Assembly: GCA_965203295.1 (NCBI GenBank)
Contig: CBDBCZ010000016.1
Location: 832,001 to 896,000, forward strand
DNA: 64,000 nt
From: Nitrospirales bacterium
GTDB taxonomy: Bacteria > Nitrospirota > Nitrospiria > Nitrospirales > UBA8639
Direction: 5' to 3'
The notes under the pieces are model-generated. The model ran no database searches, was not told the origin of the DNA, and saw only the letters and a program-made list of their open reading frames with translations. Below, piece after piece: positions 26,601 through 41,600 of the stretch. Every line of letters starts with the position of its first letter. Positions within the stretch are counted from its first letter, which is position 1. Both the position numbers and the translations under genes were made by a program.

Positions 26601-29600
26601 AGGCCTCAATAGTTACTTACTTATAAAATAAATTTGATTTAATTAATTAAGACGAAACTCCTATACATGTACATTTTACACTTGATGTACTTTCAATTAG
26701 CCTAATGTAAATGTTATACCCACACATAATAAATGCTTAAACATTGGGCTACTTCCTTCTAGACTGGTCAATTGAGCAGGGCTACCTTAATACAAATATA
26801 TATTTTATGTCGATAAAATACTTCACGGTTAATGAAATGTCATAAGGAAGTAACTAATGAGGCCTACTTCCTACCTACCTACTCGGACATCTGGAACTCA
26901 GATAACCAATTAATAGTCAAAACAACTACTTTTACCACTCATAACGACATCAAATCTACAAAACCCTCCATACACTTTCACACCTTCCCCCTGTAGGAAC
27001 GCAAACGCGAAACCAACGCAATTGTGAAACTAACGCAAACGAGAAGCTTCCATGAGCGGTGCACGCAATCATCATGATGGCACACGCTCCTTTTCCTGTG
27101 GCGTGTGCAAAGTATTATTGTACTTGGAGTCAGCAGTGGCAAAAGAACCTCAAAAGGTGAGTGCGGGAGCGAGTCCTCACTGCTTGAGCTGGATGAGCCA
27201 GACACAGTCTCGAAACAAACATTCAGCAGTGAAGTCAAGGGCACTTAAACAATTCTGTAATATGGCTGGCCAAAAATTCTAGCGGTGAACACACGACATT
27301 GTATATAGTACATGTCTACTACATGTACTTTCTTGCCACAATTTTCCACTATGCGCTTTGTGATGATTGTTTCATGCGATTGCCAGTACACTTTGGAGTC
27401 ATTAAGTTAACGCAATCGCAAAACGCTAACGCAATCTCGAAACATACACAATCACTTGAATTTGAGGTAAAACTTTCAATGCGGACAAGAATCAGTCACC
27501 ACAGGGGCCTATGAAAAATGATATAACTTAGGGACAGTCACAAACTTGGTTAACTCACTCATGAAACTTGCCTTAACGCAATCACGAAACACTAACGGCG
27601 GATGTGGGTAGGTTATAAACTGGCCGGCCAGTATGGGGTTTGGCAGGTTTTGCGTTAGTTTCGCAATTGCATTGGTTTCGTATTTGCGTTCCTGCACCCC
27701 CCTTTTCCCCCAAAAAAGAAATGCTCAAAGCAAATTGCATAAAATGCACTTTACCACAAAGTGCTACTCCGTCTGTGAATGCATTCTGAGTAGCTTATTT
27801 AATTTGTTTTTGTGAAAGTGCATTCCTACAAGAACGGTTTTTGCACTATTTGGTTAAGTAATACATCATCTGTTCCTTCACTTTTATCCGAGCTCTTAGA
27901 TTGTTATTTAGACATGGTTGGATATTATGTACCTTGCAGCTGATTTATGACTTCAAAGATGGAGGTGGAAGTCTTGATTTAATCTCCTTGTTTCCGGATG
28001 AGCTGCCTAGGGAAGATCGTGAGAGGTTTATCAGAATTGGAGTGGAAATCCCCTCCATTGAGTAAGTGCATAAAAATAGTATTGCTGCTTACTTTCGATT
28101 CCAGTAAGCGAGCTTAAATTCATTAACAATGATAGGTAGTATAGATCACAGTAAACCCTGGTCAGGGTGAACATCTCAGAACAGATGATGGGTTGCCGTT
28201 CTTATACTGGAAATGTAACTATAAGTACAATACACATACCATTGCGTATATGTAGTTAACCACAATGACATAATTATAATATCATCTTCTTTTATAGGGA
28301 ACTGTATTCCAGCACACTTTTGCATAAGTACCTGTCTCGGTCTCTCAATATTCCTCTAAAGAATGGCAGTGTATTACCAATTCAAGAAAGCCAGTACGTG
28401 CTTACCCTTGATTACACACTGAAGATGCTCAACATCCACGAGCGATATGAATGTGGGATTCCTGTGATTATAGAAGGGGAGACAGGAGTGGGGAAGACAG
28501 CCCTTGTTGAGATGCTTTCTAAGCTTTGGAACTACTCCTGGGTTGCACAATGGGAAAGACATAAAGATCGCCTAGTGGATTCAATGAAGAAGAGGCTTGG
28601 AGGTACATATATTCTAGTTAGACCATATAGCTAGGAATAATTAATGAGGTAAAACCTTTGAAGGATCCCTGTTAGTCCAGGGTGGTTAAGTACTCTACTA
28701 TCTATGATTGGGTGTAGAATAAGGAAGGTGAAGTGTTATGCATGATTTGTAGCATTTAGCACCTGCTAGTAGCAGCACTGCTGACAGATTCCAGCCTGAG
28801 CCACCCTTGGTGAACAGTAGTGACTATAGTCACCATTTAATGGGTGAAGCGATTACAACACAAATGAGCATGATTGACCCTTGGGTAGTGCCTTTCAGGC
28901 ATAGCGTTTTTAAAGAACTCAAATTAGTTCAGCAGTGATATAACGAGCACTCTCGAATGGACGCTTGCCATTCACACACCATTGTTTGTAGGTTACACAT
29001 GCACAGACTGCCCGCCACAACGTGTTCGTCTATTTAACGCCCACCTTTGATTGTGCAGGCTGCTTAGGCCTGTACTGCTGTGCTGCTGAGTTGTGTCGCC
29101 TGGTTGATTACTGCATGAGTCACTACGAACTATAGTACCGGTATATAAAAATGAATACACTTACTCACATGGCTGATTATATTTGGTTGGCACAAGTTTG
29201 AATAGCTTCTGGCCAAAGGTGCTGTTGAAAAACAACTATGTCCTTGTAGCCAGAACACCCACTCCCCTTAAAAAAAACACCCAAAACAAGTTACAGAAAA
29301 AGCATCACCAAAAAGTACAAAAACCATTCATGTATGGATGCACTTTCACAAAAACAAGGGAAACAAGCTATAATTTACACCGCAATGGGTTCACAGACTA
29401 CCTACACATCACAGCCCAATGCATTACAGAGTAGCTACAAATCACTGTGCAGTTCATTTACGGAAACCTTTTGCTTTCTGTTAGTTACTGTGCATGTGTG
29501 AGTAGTGGAGACCAGGGTGCTTCTCTCCTCCCACTCATATAACAGCTGATTGAAGGCTATAGCTCAGTGCATATCATCTTCCAGTTAAATGTATACTTTC

Positions 29601-32600
29601 CAATACACTCATTGCCTATATTTTTGTTTTGTAGATCTACCTGCAGAGTCCATTGCAGACTCTAAACTTGCTGTATGCATGGACACAGTGTATACCTTGA
29701 GTTCTGGAAAAAGGATTACAGAAAGAATGCTGAATGAAATAGTGCAACTTCCAGATAATTCAGGGTGTGGACATTTCTATACTGTGTTAAATCAGTCACT
29801 GAGAAAGCTAAAGGGAGACCCAATATTTTCTCTGCTGAGTGTTGAGCTGTATGATGGAGAAAGTCTCGATGATGCTTTCTGTGCTATTGAAGAAGATTCC
29901 GCTGAGGTATATGAACAAGCTTTATATAAACATTTGTATGCAACATCATGTTCATTTTCGCTTTAGGGTACAGCTCACTTACTATACATCATCTTTAGTG
30001 CTACTGTGAAGACTACATTCCACAAACTGAATATCCATGCAGGTATTGTATCTTAAAGTTTTATTGACTACTTTTAAATTATTGGTAATTCTTGTTTTCC
30101 TGTTAGCTCTGCAGCCAACAGAAATAGAAGCCTTCTTTGAAGAAGTGTTTGAACAGTCATTTGCAATACAACAAGCATACAGTAGCTGCGATCCAGCCCA
30201 AAGACCCAATTTCAGAGTCCCTTTTGTTACTGTAAGTTAATAAAACTGGGGTAGATGTATGATAGCTTGTCCATCAGTTAGTATGTTATTTGTTATTTTA
30301 ATTTAGGCATACTTAGATGAAATCAACACAGCTTCCTGCCTGGGACTGTTAAAAGAGATAATTGTTGACAGAACAATTGATGGGAAGGTAAAGTACTTTA
30401 ATTTGTGGCATTGAGATAGGATTACGTAGCATTACCTTTGTTCATGTTTATACATATGTACATGGTGTCTGATCTTCAGAGTGTTCATCTTTCAATGTGG
30501 TGATTGATATTACAGACCCTTTGCACTCTCGGTATATACTTCGGTAGTCATATGTTGCTTTCGCTCCAGAGTTATAACCTTCCAGAGTGGACATTCGTAC
30601 ATGATTGTATGATTAGTCTCTGTTTCTTCTCTGAAGCACCTTTTAGTGAAACTTTATCATTGCAAAGCCTCATGACCCTGTTGTTCCATGCCAATAAATT
30701 CATCATCATAGCTGCATCTAGCAGTGAGGAATGCTGTTGAATGTGAAACAGGGTCACCTCTCTATAGTCAGAAAATAGATACTGTTTATTTGGGGGGGGG
30801 GGGGGTTGGGGAGAACGGTTTAACACTGAAAATAGATATCATTGGAATGTACAGGTACTCAGCAGCATCACAGTGCCAATTTTGTTGTCCACACATCGCA
30901 TGCTAGTGAGAGATAGAGCTATTCTTCATGCTTCCTTCTGCTAAATACAATGATAAAACATTTATAGTGGGTGGAAACAGAGTTAAACAACGTGTATTCC
31001 TAGCAGTACTGTACAGTTTTTCTTAGGAAGTCAGTACATGGGTGTTTGAGTGGCTGTTTAATATTTTTAAAAAAGGTTTTCTTGGAAAAGAGGGGCGTTT
31101 GAATTATTAGATGGTTTGATTAATTAGATTTACTATAATTAACACTAAATTACATTCCAATAATATCTACCTTTATCATTAAAGGTAAAATATGACGAAA
31201 TCCACTGCCCACTATAGAGAGGTCCTAGCTATGATGATGATGGATGTTGGTACGTATGCGGTAGTAGCATTATGGTGCCTCCTAATGATGAATAAATATC
31301 ACCGAAAGTTGCTTCAGGGAAAATATGTAGAGACTGACAATATGTACAATTGTCTGTTCATAGCAGTGTCCATATTTGACTTTGGAAGCTATAGCTCCAG
31401 AACCAAGCAACACCAGAACACCATACTTTCAATCCAAAGTGAGAAGGTGTGCAGTATCCACCCAATATAAAGGTTCAGTGCCGCCACACCCAATTATAGG
31501 TTAGACAACGAGGTGGAGGTATCTGTTGACTGAGATGCCGACACAGAGGTGTCTAACTGATTTATACCGAGTGTTATGACAGCTGTGAAAGCCGGTGACC
31601 TATTTAAAGTTTAGCGTTTCAAGCAAATCATGAATAAAGGTGAGGTATCTAAATCTTTTAGATACTAGCTGGCAGGTTTCTACTATCAGATTTAGATACC
31701 TCATTAAGCAGGCATACGTTGTACTTCAAAGGAAATCATTCATGACTAGGACATGGTGTCTGATCTAACTAAGTGGTTACTTCTAGATGGTGCAATTGGC
31801 ACTTATGCTGTTTCACATTAATGTACTTGTTCCATTACAGTCCATACCAGAGAATGTATTCATAATTGCTTCCTGCAATCCTCATCGAGGAGATCTTTTT
31901 GCTGCCATTAAAGATCAAGAATCATGGCTAAAAGCAACCTACCATGTCCGAAAACTTCACCCTACCCTGCAATCGCTCTTGTGGGACTATGGGTCACTTA
32001 ATGAACAACAGGAGCGTGAGTATGTAAATGTTAAAATGAAAATGCTCACCCAGCAGTCCACTGAGGGTGCCACAGATTTCAGAGTGTTTTCAAAAGACAT
32101 TGCTAGTTTAACTGATCTCATTCTTCAAAGCCAACAGAAGGTGCGGGAATATGCTTATGAGCAGCTATCTAGTGTAAACATTCCAAAACATGAGGCAAGA
32201 GTTTGTGCAAAGAGCTCAGTCAGTCTAAGAGATATTGAAAGGGTATTTACATTCTATAAGTGGCTATTGAAAATATATATCCAATTCAATCCTCATGAAG
32301 AGTTGACTGAGTTGTACCACCGTCGTGCAATTATGGTATCATTGGGTATAGTGTACTTTATGCGGCTTGACTCAAAATATCGAAGCAAATACAGGCTTTT
32401 TCTTGATCACAATCACTTTGACCTATTTTACAAAGTAACATTTTCTGAGGCTTTCGAAAGTGAGTTGAGATGGTACATAGACAGAATTGAACTTCCACGA
32501 AGTATTGCCAAAACTGAGGCTCTAAAAGAGAATGTGTTTGCAACCGTAGCATGTACCATGACTCACACCCCACTAATCATCGTGGGTGACCCTGGTTCTT

Positions 32601-35600
32601 CAAAAACCCTGTCTGTAAACATTGTTATTGCAAACTTTAAAGGAAGTCAGTCCAGAAGTCTGGCTTTTAGAAACACAGATGTCTTCAAGTCACTGGATGC
32701 CCACTTTTATCAGTGTTCTCGGAAAACTACTTCAAATGAAATAGAAACGATCTTTAGAAGAGCTATAACTCGCCAACGCAGTCTTCAAAATATTCCCTTG
32801 CCAGTTCATTGTGTTGTGTTTATGGATGAAGCTGGTCTTCCAGAAGATAAACTCGAATCTCTTAAAGTTTTACACTACTACCTGGACAGGCCAGAAGTTT
32901 CATTTGTTGCCATTAGCAATCATGTCCTTGATGCTGCCAAAACCAACCGAGCAGTTAGCATCTTCAGACCTAAGGCCACAGACCAAGAATTGTATGAGCT
33001 TGCAAAGGGAACCATTCTTCCACCTGGTCAAAATGAACCTTCAGAGGATGAAGGAAATCTTTTAAGAAAACTCTGCTTTTCGTACAACAGAGTACTTTTA
33101 GATCATGATTTCCAGCAGCTCTTTGGTTTACGTGATTTCATTCACTTTGTTGCATACCTACGTCGCAAACGTAGGAGATACTTGGATGAACAGCTAATAT
33201 TGGAAGGGTTGGAAAGAAACTTTAATGGCAGTAAAAAGTTTCACGACCTTTTTAAACTTTTCTTTGAAAAGGTAAGCTTTCTTACACTGTACGTTTTGTC
33301 ATGGCTGGGAGGTGGATATGCAACCCGAGGTTGAAGGTTGAATAAATCCATATCCACTGACCTAGTCATGTTAAAATCTTTCATTGTACCCTATTTATGT
33401 CACATTGTTCTGTTGTAAAAGATGTTTAGCTACTATTTTAGCAATGCAAGTGCTGAAAACAACAATGCATAGCCTTGCATCAAGTTTGGAACTAGTAATA
33501 TCACTGACTAGCTCATCGGCACAAAACCTTAGCCAAATTGTGTGAATGCGAGGCATAGCTCGTGAATACACAATGGCTGTTATGTCAGTAGTTGCATGTG
33601 TGTGCTGCTATATGACATTGTACATCATGTGCTCTAAAGTTAAACTCTATAGTGACAGTAGTGGTATTGTTTTCCAATATATTTGCTCCTACTACTAAGC
33701 TAGCTAGTACTATGTAGCTAATATAGATTCTAGCTGTTTCCCTACTGATACTTCCTGCAAAGCTTATTTAAACTATTCTGTCTTTAATTAGCTACGCCAG
33801 CTGTGATAGTATAGCGTGGTAATACTGTTGAATGGATATACCAAATAATCACTTTGCAGATTGATGTTCCTATGGAGAAGCTCCAGTTCAGCCATATACT
33901 TAGTATATTGAAGAACAGTCTTGCTGATCATGCCAGCACAGAAGGTGGTGATGTTCACAATAGCATCCAAAGTGAGGTTCGGTACAAGCTGATCATTGAT
34001 CCTAGTGAAGATGACTCACTAATGAGGCTCCTCTTCACATATGAAGTGCTAAAGAGAAACAACACACGGCTCTATATTTGCAGTGACTTTCCCGGAGATA
34101 GGCAGCTAAGGGTAAGGAAACAAAATTTAATTACAGTCTGAACGTTTACCATTTTAATCTACTATATGTTCATCTCAATATAGGTTCATACCATTTCACA
34201 AATCTGTCATTCAGTTGCAGCTGGTCATACTATTCTAATGTGTCAGACAGATGAAATACATGAGAGCTTTTACGACCTATTTAATAAGCATTTTCGCTGT
34301 ATTGAAGATCCTCAAAGTGGCACCCACCATTATGCAAATATTGCTATTGGTGCTCATTCTGGACCTTGCCGAGTGGACCCTCATTTCCAATGTGTGGTTG
34401 TGATAAGTGCATCAGAATTGCAGGACACACCTGCTCCCTTTCTGAATCGGTTTGAGAAATACTACCTTACCCACAGAAGCCTGTTGGATAGTATTTTTGA
34501 AAGCATGCCTCCTTGTCTCAGTATAATGCTTCGATCAGCATACAGCAAGGTTAGTCTATTTTTGACTTTAAAAACTATTTTGCAATTAAAGATATTTCAT
34601 AATTCCTTTCCTGCCCAGGTCTCTGATTTCATCCTATGTGTTAAATGGTCATCTCTTTATGGTTTTTTGGAGAATAGTAGCCTTGAGTCTTTGATGCTGG
34701 CAATTCTTCCACCTGTTGGTCAAGAGTATAAATTCCTACCAGACGAAAAGAATTTTTCTGTTTCATCTGATGCAGAGGATAAGCATGTGTTCTTATTGAA
34801 AACTCTACTGAGTATGCTTCGAAAGAATACTGGCTTTCGTATTCCTGAGGTTTGTATTCAGTACATGAATATATATATATCGTGGTGCTATTATTATCCT
34901 CTCATTTTTACAGTATTCATCTGAGGAGATTAAGATCGATGCTGATCATATCTTCTGTTTGATCCAAAAGGAGCCTGAGTTTGAGGGAATTATGATAAAA
35001 GTAAATGATGAGAATGTAGTAACACTGATTGATGGAGCATTGCACGTACTTTACTACGGTCCAAACCCAAAGAATATAGATAGACCTTTTGAGGTCTACA
35101 CAGATGCCTTGATGGTCATTGCAGTCCTAACACAGTGGATCGTCAACTATCTTTGCAAGCAGTTGCTGCAGTTGATGACTCCTGAGGCATTGGCTGTCCA
35201 CTATGAGGAAATTCCTACTCCATATCTTGAAAATTATCTGAATTTCCAAAAACACTTTAGCCTAAAAGACTTGGTGGAGAGACAGATCGGTCTGCTGGAA
35301 TTGAACAAATGGTTAGTTCCTAACTAAGTTGACTTGATTCTCAGCAGAAGGGTTTGGAACTGTAAATAACGTGAATATGCGATCATATGGATAGCCTACT
35401 TTATACTAGTGTACATAAAACATGCATAAAAAACTTGGGGCAAAGTATTGTGTTTCATAGCTGTACAAATACTTAGTAATTTTGGTTGGACAAAATATTC
35501 ATAACAAACACCTACTTCTTCATTTATTACCTACAGGGACAATTCTGTATGCCCAACAAAGTTACTCTGCTTTACTCGTTCATCACCACAAATCCATCAA

Positions 35601-38600
35601 CTTCCATCTGAATATCCTAGTACACTCACCACTGTATCTGATGATGTAATGCAGCAATCTCTCAGGGAGCATATCTATAGCAATGTGAACCATTTAATGA
35701 TATGCAAAATATCCCTAAAGCATTCACAAAGCAAAATTGAAGAACTACTAGCCAGGTATGTTTTGTCGGAGTCACACTTGCTATTGTTGGTTGCAAATAT
35801 GCAAGAAATCTCTAAAAAAATGATCAATCATCTCCGGATCATGATTGAAGAGGCAGAGAATAAGATCACAAATCAGAGCAAAGTTTTTGTACTTCTACTG
35901 CATTTTCCTCCAGTGATGTTCTTCAAACCATGCTACCCTTCGTTATTTCTGATGGGATGGGGCCACTATTATCTTGATACAATAGCATACGGCACCCTAA
36001 CAAGAGAAAGTGTGAAGTCTGTCGTTGATGTTAAGGAATGGTTTTATCATTGCTGCTTTCCACAGTCACCTGATAGTGCACTTAACAGCCAGATGGTTAT
36101 AGCACTTCAGCAATTGCTTCCAGAAGCAATTCCAATAGTTGCCTCACGGGTAGGTTTTAGTTGCAACAATGAAAGGAAAGTAATGGATGCTTCTGAAAGA
36201 ACTGCAATACTCCAAAGACTATTGATAGGCACTCTGCATGGTGATGCTGAAGTTGAAGTAGAACAACTTATTGAAATGAGCCTAGGCAGAGTGCTGTGTG
36301 TAAAGTATTGCAAGTATTGGACACCTCAACTAATGGAACAGCATATCAAACAAGTTTCCAGTTTCATGTATGAACGTGAATCAACCCTGAATATTACCGA
36401 CACTATTCAAAGTGTAGTGAGATCTACATTCTTTGATTTCCTTGTCTACATGTTTTCTAGCCTAAATGAAAGAAACGATGTTCACATTCTTGTGGAAGAG
36501 CCTCAGTGTTGCCCAACAGTTCAGCGATTGTTTCTAGATCTACTTAGTGCACTTCCAGCTCCAGAACTAGCACAAATTAAAGTACTAATGGCTGCCAATC
36601 GGCAACGGCCTATTCAGCCATACTTTCCGAGGTTCCCATTCTTCAAGCAAGTGTGTGATATGTTAGACAAGGCTGTAGATGAAAGTAGAGAGGAAGTGAA
36701 TCAAAAATCAAATATTTTGGACACTGCTTTACCTCAGATGGAGACTTCTATTCATCTTCCTACCCAGAAGAGAACCAAACAGCAAATGGAGACTTTATTT
36801 AATGAGGTTGTATTGTCAAGAGTGAAGGTATGTACATATTCATTTTATGTATATTATTATGTTAAATGATTTTTAAACTCTTACCTAGGAAATGAAGGGC
36901 TGCTTGGAGGTAACGGCTTCAGCTATGAATGAGTATGGTGGTGAAATTTGGAATCGATATTTCATGGACTTTGCCCACAAAAAACTTCATCTTCAACCTG
37001 AAGTCACTCCCCTTACTAATGAGATCCTCAAAGCTTACATTGGACCTGTAACAGGCAGTAGTGCGCTTGAACGACTGGTGTCTCTTCATGTTCGCCTTCA
37101 TGTGTACCAGATGGATCTCACAAAAGTTACTGCAATTCTAAAGCCCATAACAAAGATGCAGCAGTCATTGCACCCTGCAGCAACCGGTTCTTTAGCTTAT
37201 TTATTTTTTGCAACAACTTTGCATGACCCCAAATCTATTGATAGAATACCACACACTTTTGTGAGTCCTATCGTAGAGACACTGTACACATTTGCTCTTC
37301 ATATGAGTACAGCTGAGACTGACCCAGAAAGTCTTAATTTCTGGTACCAGAGCTACAGCGATATTGTAAGTTCGTCCATACAGCTATGCAAATGTATTTT
37401 CCTCATTAAAGCACTCTGCTCCTTATTTGATTTATGTAGATGTCAATGCCAGCAATGGAAGAGAATATCATTCTGGGCACAACATCACTACAGACACAGA
37501 CCCAGCTTCGCATACTGCATGCTACATATCTGGTCATGCAATGCTGCTATATCTCAAAGTCGTGCAGAGGCCAACAAGTATTCATGACCTTGCATAAAAG
37601 ATACTCTCCAGAAGGCAAAAAGGTACACTCTGTTCCTACATAGCCAATGCTTATGCTATAGCTCTCAGTGCTCCAGTCTTATGCTTTCACCACTAGGCTA
37701 CTGGGGAGTTGTGAAAACATCTTTATGAGAATTTCTGTCTGAACATTAGCTAGCTGTCTTTCAAGAAGAATAATAATGTACTCTTGTTGGTGCTGTAGTA
37801 TTTATACCAACCATTGACCACACACTCACATACACAAGTGTAGCGTGTAAGATCTCCAATCAGAGCTATCTCCCAAGAATGACAGTAATACACGTTTTTG
37901 CCTTCTGAGATTCCTCCTTCTATCTATCTTGTATATCCCCACCCCTTTAGATCTATATCACTTAACAATACTTCGAGATGGCATGTTGTGCTTGCACTGT
38001 TCCCTTTTTGTTTTGAGTAATATACTCATATTGCTGCCATTGTGCTGCACTACTGATTGTGCATTACTGAGGAGTTCCCGGTCAGATTACAAGAGCAGAG
38101 ATTTTAGCATCACCACATTATTCTTTTATTCCAGCATCTGTAACAAAATCATATTGTTCTAAATAAAGAAGTCAGTGTACTTGTGTGCATTCAATTATTA
38201 TTATCTTCTTACACAACAGATGGGTGGACCATTTCTGTATTTACAACAAGTGGTGGATGCTGGCTTGCAAGCATTTGCAGCAACTCCACTCTCCCCAACT
38301 ATCCAGGGAAGGGAGAGCTATTGTGTGCAGTCATTTATTGAAGGACTATTTGCATTCACGTTTTCAAAACACTGTGCTTCATTTCCTGAAGAAGATTGTC
38401 GATACTTCCTGGAAGTTGCAAACCAGCAAAATTCGTACTGTACTCAGGAAAGAGCTACAGCACAAGCAGAAGATCCTCACCATTACAGTTTCACAGCTAT
38501 AAATGTGTTCAAGTTGTACCTTTCTAGGATTCTTGGTGAAGCTATTGCGGAACGTCAGGTACAATGCTGTACTCTTAAACTGTTGTATTTATACTTGTAT

Positions 38601-41600
38601 GGTCTTTACTTACTGTTATGATGCACAGAAGGAAGAAGCTGCAGACAAAGGCCAAGCTGCAAATGAGTTAATGCTTCACAATGCTAAGGTTACTCTAAGC
38701 TTTCTGCTGTTCGGCTTTACATAGAGAATTATTTTTTTATGATGTTCTGTCAGGGTCGTGGAATGGTGGGCGAAGTGCTTACAGCCAAAATTGAAGGCTC
38801 ACCTGGCCCCTACATTCCCTTGTGTTACCAGCAGAAAGGCTTCCAGTGCAGCGAGTTTTCATGCAAGGGATGCAAGGTTATGTTCATTCACCTTATAACA
38901 CTACCATTGTGAAGTATGTATTTTTCCCTCATTTTTAGAATACACTAATGCAGCAACCTTTAGCCCACTTATATTTCTTGACTGTGATGGAGCATCTGCA
39001 AAGCCGAGGAAATCTTCCTAACCATCTTGTCAGACTTACAGGAAGGATTACAAAGGTAAGGTGCATGCCATCAAGTTTAGCTTTTATGACTCAGTGGTGT
39101 GTAGTATCATGACCAGCTGTAATACACAATCATAGCACTAGTCAAACTTCTAGCACCATACTGTCTGGCATTACAAGTAAAAAAGATTAGCTCTCACTTC
39201 AGCGCTTGGAGAAGCAGTCGACTCCCAAATCTGAAAAGGTGTTGCTTTTCATTGAGAAGCAAGCTGTTGTTCAAGTCCTCATTCAGCGGGTGACTGAATA
39301 TTTTGACCCCAAAATACCACGAAAGCTTCATGATGTAAGTTGAACTGTTTTTGAACTGGTAAATAGAACCTACATATTTTGTCTAATGAAGTAAGGATAC
39401 AGTGTGTATTGTGGTAATGAATACACTGGCATGCTGGATATTTCAATGTGCGGTTATTATTTGACATGTGCATGCAAATGGTGGCACAACAGATTAAACA
39501 GTTATACAGCTAAGGGAGGGCATGTTCAAATAGGATGGAATCAGCAAAGAATGAGAAGAAAAGGTAGAGACTCAGGCAGAGTTAAATGCAAATAAAGATT
39601 GACTAAAGATATAAACATCAAAGCAGTGGCAGGGAGCTAGAGCCTGTATAGTACTGCATGCAATTTACTATGCCTATATTTTACATGTATAATTTTATAA
39701 TTCGACTGTAGTGTTACAGATAATATTTTCCCTCATTGCAGCTGTTCACTGCTCAAATAGTTAGTGGATTGAATTCCCTGCTAAGCGACAATGCAATGGG
39801 AGGGAGTGACACTTGCGTTGGTTATCATGGGCTTGTGTTTGCTATGCAGTTACGAAAGCAATTGAATAGTCAGCAAAAGTTGATTGATATGCTAACTGAT
39901 GACCATAGCACTCTTGTGCAGACTATCAGTGGTATAAAGCCACTTCAAACACTTGTCAAGGTTGGTCGGAGCACATTACACACCATTGGGTACTATGATT
40001 GTACAATATTGGGTACTATTGCTCTTTAGCTACTGTATTGTAATACTATCTAGAGCCAACCAAAGAGTGAGGCTCACCTCTTTCCATTCATTGGGCATCA
40101 AGAGTCCAGTGCACTCAGCCACTTCTACCGACAAATTTGGGAAACCTTGGATAATGTGCGCAGCAAAGGAGCAAGCGGGGAATCTATTGCTGTGTTGGTA
40201 AAACTTGCACATGAAAGGTTAGAGTACATGTGTAGTAGTGTCTATTGAGTGATATACTAATATCATTAATGTAATGCCTCTGTAGCTGCAACAGTGACGA
40301 GAAAATGAGGCTTAATGCTCTTCTAATTAACAAGAAGAGAGCCTTCCGGATGCTGCTGTGGTTGTGCGTTTATTATAAATTCTTTGTCACAAAGGTACTC
40401 TACCATCTAACATCTCCTTACTCAATGCAGTAAGCATACCTTTCTTCCTTTTCAGATCCATTCCCGTGTATTGGCAGATGCAATCAATGACCATCTAAGG
40501 GGTATTCTTGAGCCCGAGTTTATCAGCTTCATACAAAGTTTTCTGTTCCCTGCTGAATACATGATACGAAGCCCTGAACAGCCACCACCAATGAATGAAA
40601 ATGCCTCCAGGCTACGACTCACAGAAGATTATCAATTTGTGCCAGTTACAAGTAATGGTAAAAAGACAGATCCTTTGTATGACCTGTTTAACTCAATTCA
40701 TCAACCAAAGCCAGGTAATACAGTAAAGCTGTATTCATTATGATTGTAGTTTTTGGTGTAATGACTAAATAATGATTTGTCATTTAGATCCATCAGATGT
40801 TGAACTGTGCCATGCAATGGCCAATATGGTGGCTGTTGTACTGGCCTGCCCGCCTCGTTCCAATCATCTGTGGTACCACATGTTTGCAGCAGATGGTCTC
40901 CTTGGAACCCATATGACTGGATTTATGGTTTGTTGGCAATTGTATAGCTCAAAATTTGTATAAATAACTCATGTCAGATTATTCGTGAAATAGTGGAAAT
41001 TGCCTAACACTACAGCTCTTAATTTGTTGATTGTAGCATATTTAGAAAGAGCCCAAGTCATTTACATTTTACAACTGATTTATAGCTCACCTAGCACTGA
41101 TTGACTGGTGTTTTGTGGAGCCATGTAGTTACTTTGCAAGCTATTTTAGAGATGGTGTAGCTTCTTTCAGTGGGTTACTACCGTACAGCCGAAATTTCGC
41201 CAAGGACAATTTGCAATAAACCCAGATGCATATTGTGAAAAACTTCAAAGTCGAAGGTAGTGATGACAAAATAAAGATATGGGGTGATACTGTTGCCCAT
41301 TGCCTAATTAATTCTCTGCCTAATTAATTCTCTGCCTAATTTCTTGCTGTAGGAGCTATAATGTATGCCATCCCAATATTTTATTTATGTGCAGTATAAG
41401 GAAAAAACTACCGAGGGACGCCTGTATGACTGTGGGGTGGAGCTAGCAAGTGATGGCACATATGGCAGGCCAGACTATCTTCAGCATGCCACTCGAGGAA
41501 CGTTGAGCCTGCACTCACTCTACCTCATCCTATGGGCCAACTTTGGTGCATTCTGCATGGCCCTAGTCACTCAAGCTGATGCTCAAGAGAAAATTTGTGG

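Noticed and set aside
28180..28220. Second hammerhead-like motif (CAGATGA..GAAA)
   Set aside because: The core box is mutated and stems I and II are not convincing.
21372..37587. Treating the large ORFs (549, 515, 406, 231 aa) as separate genes
   Set aside because: Each is bounded by splice sites and carries consecutive parts of one RNF213-like protein.
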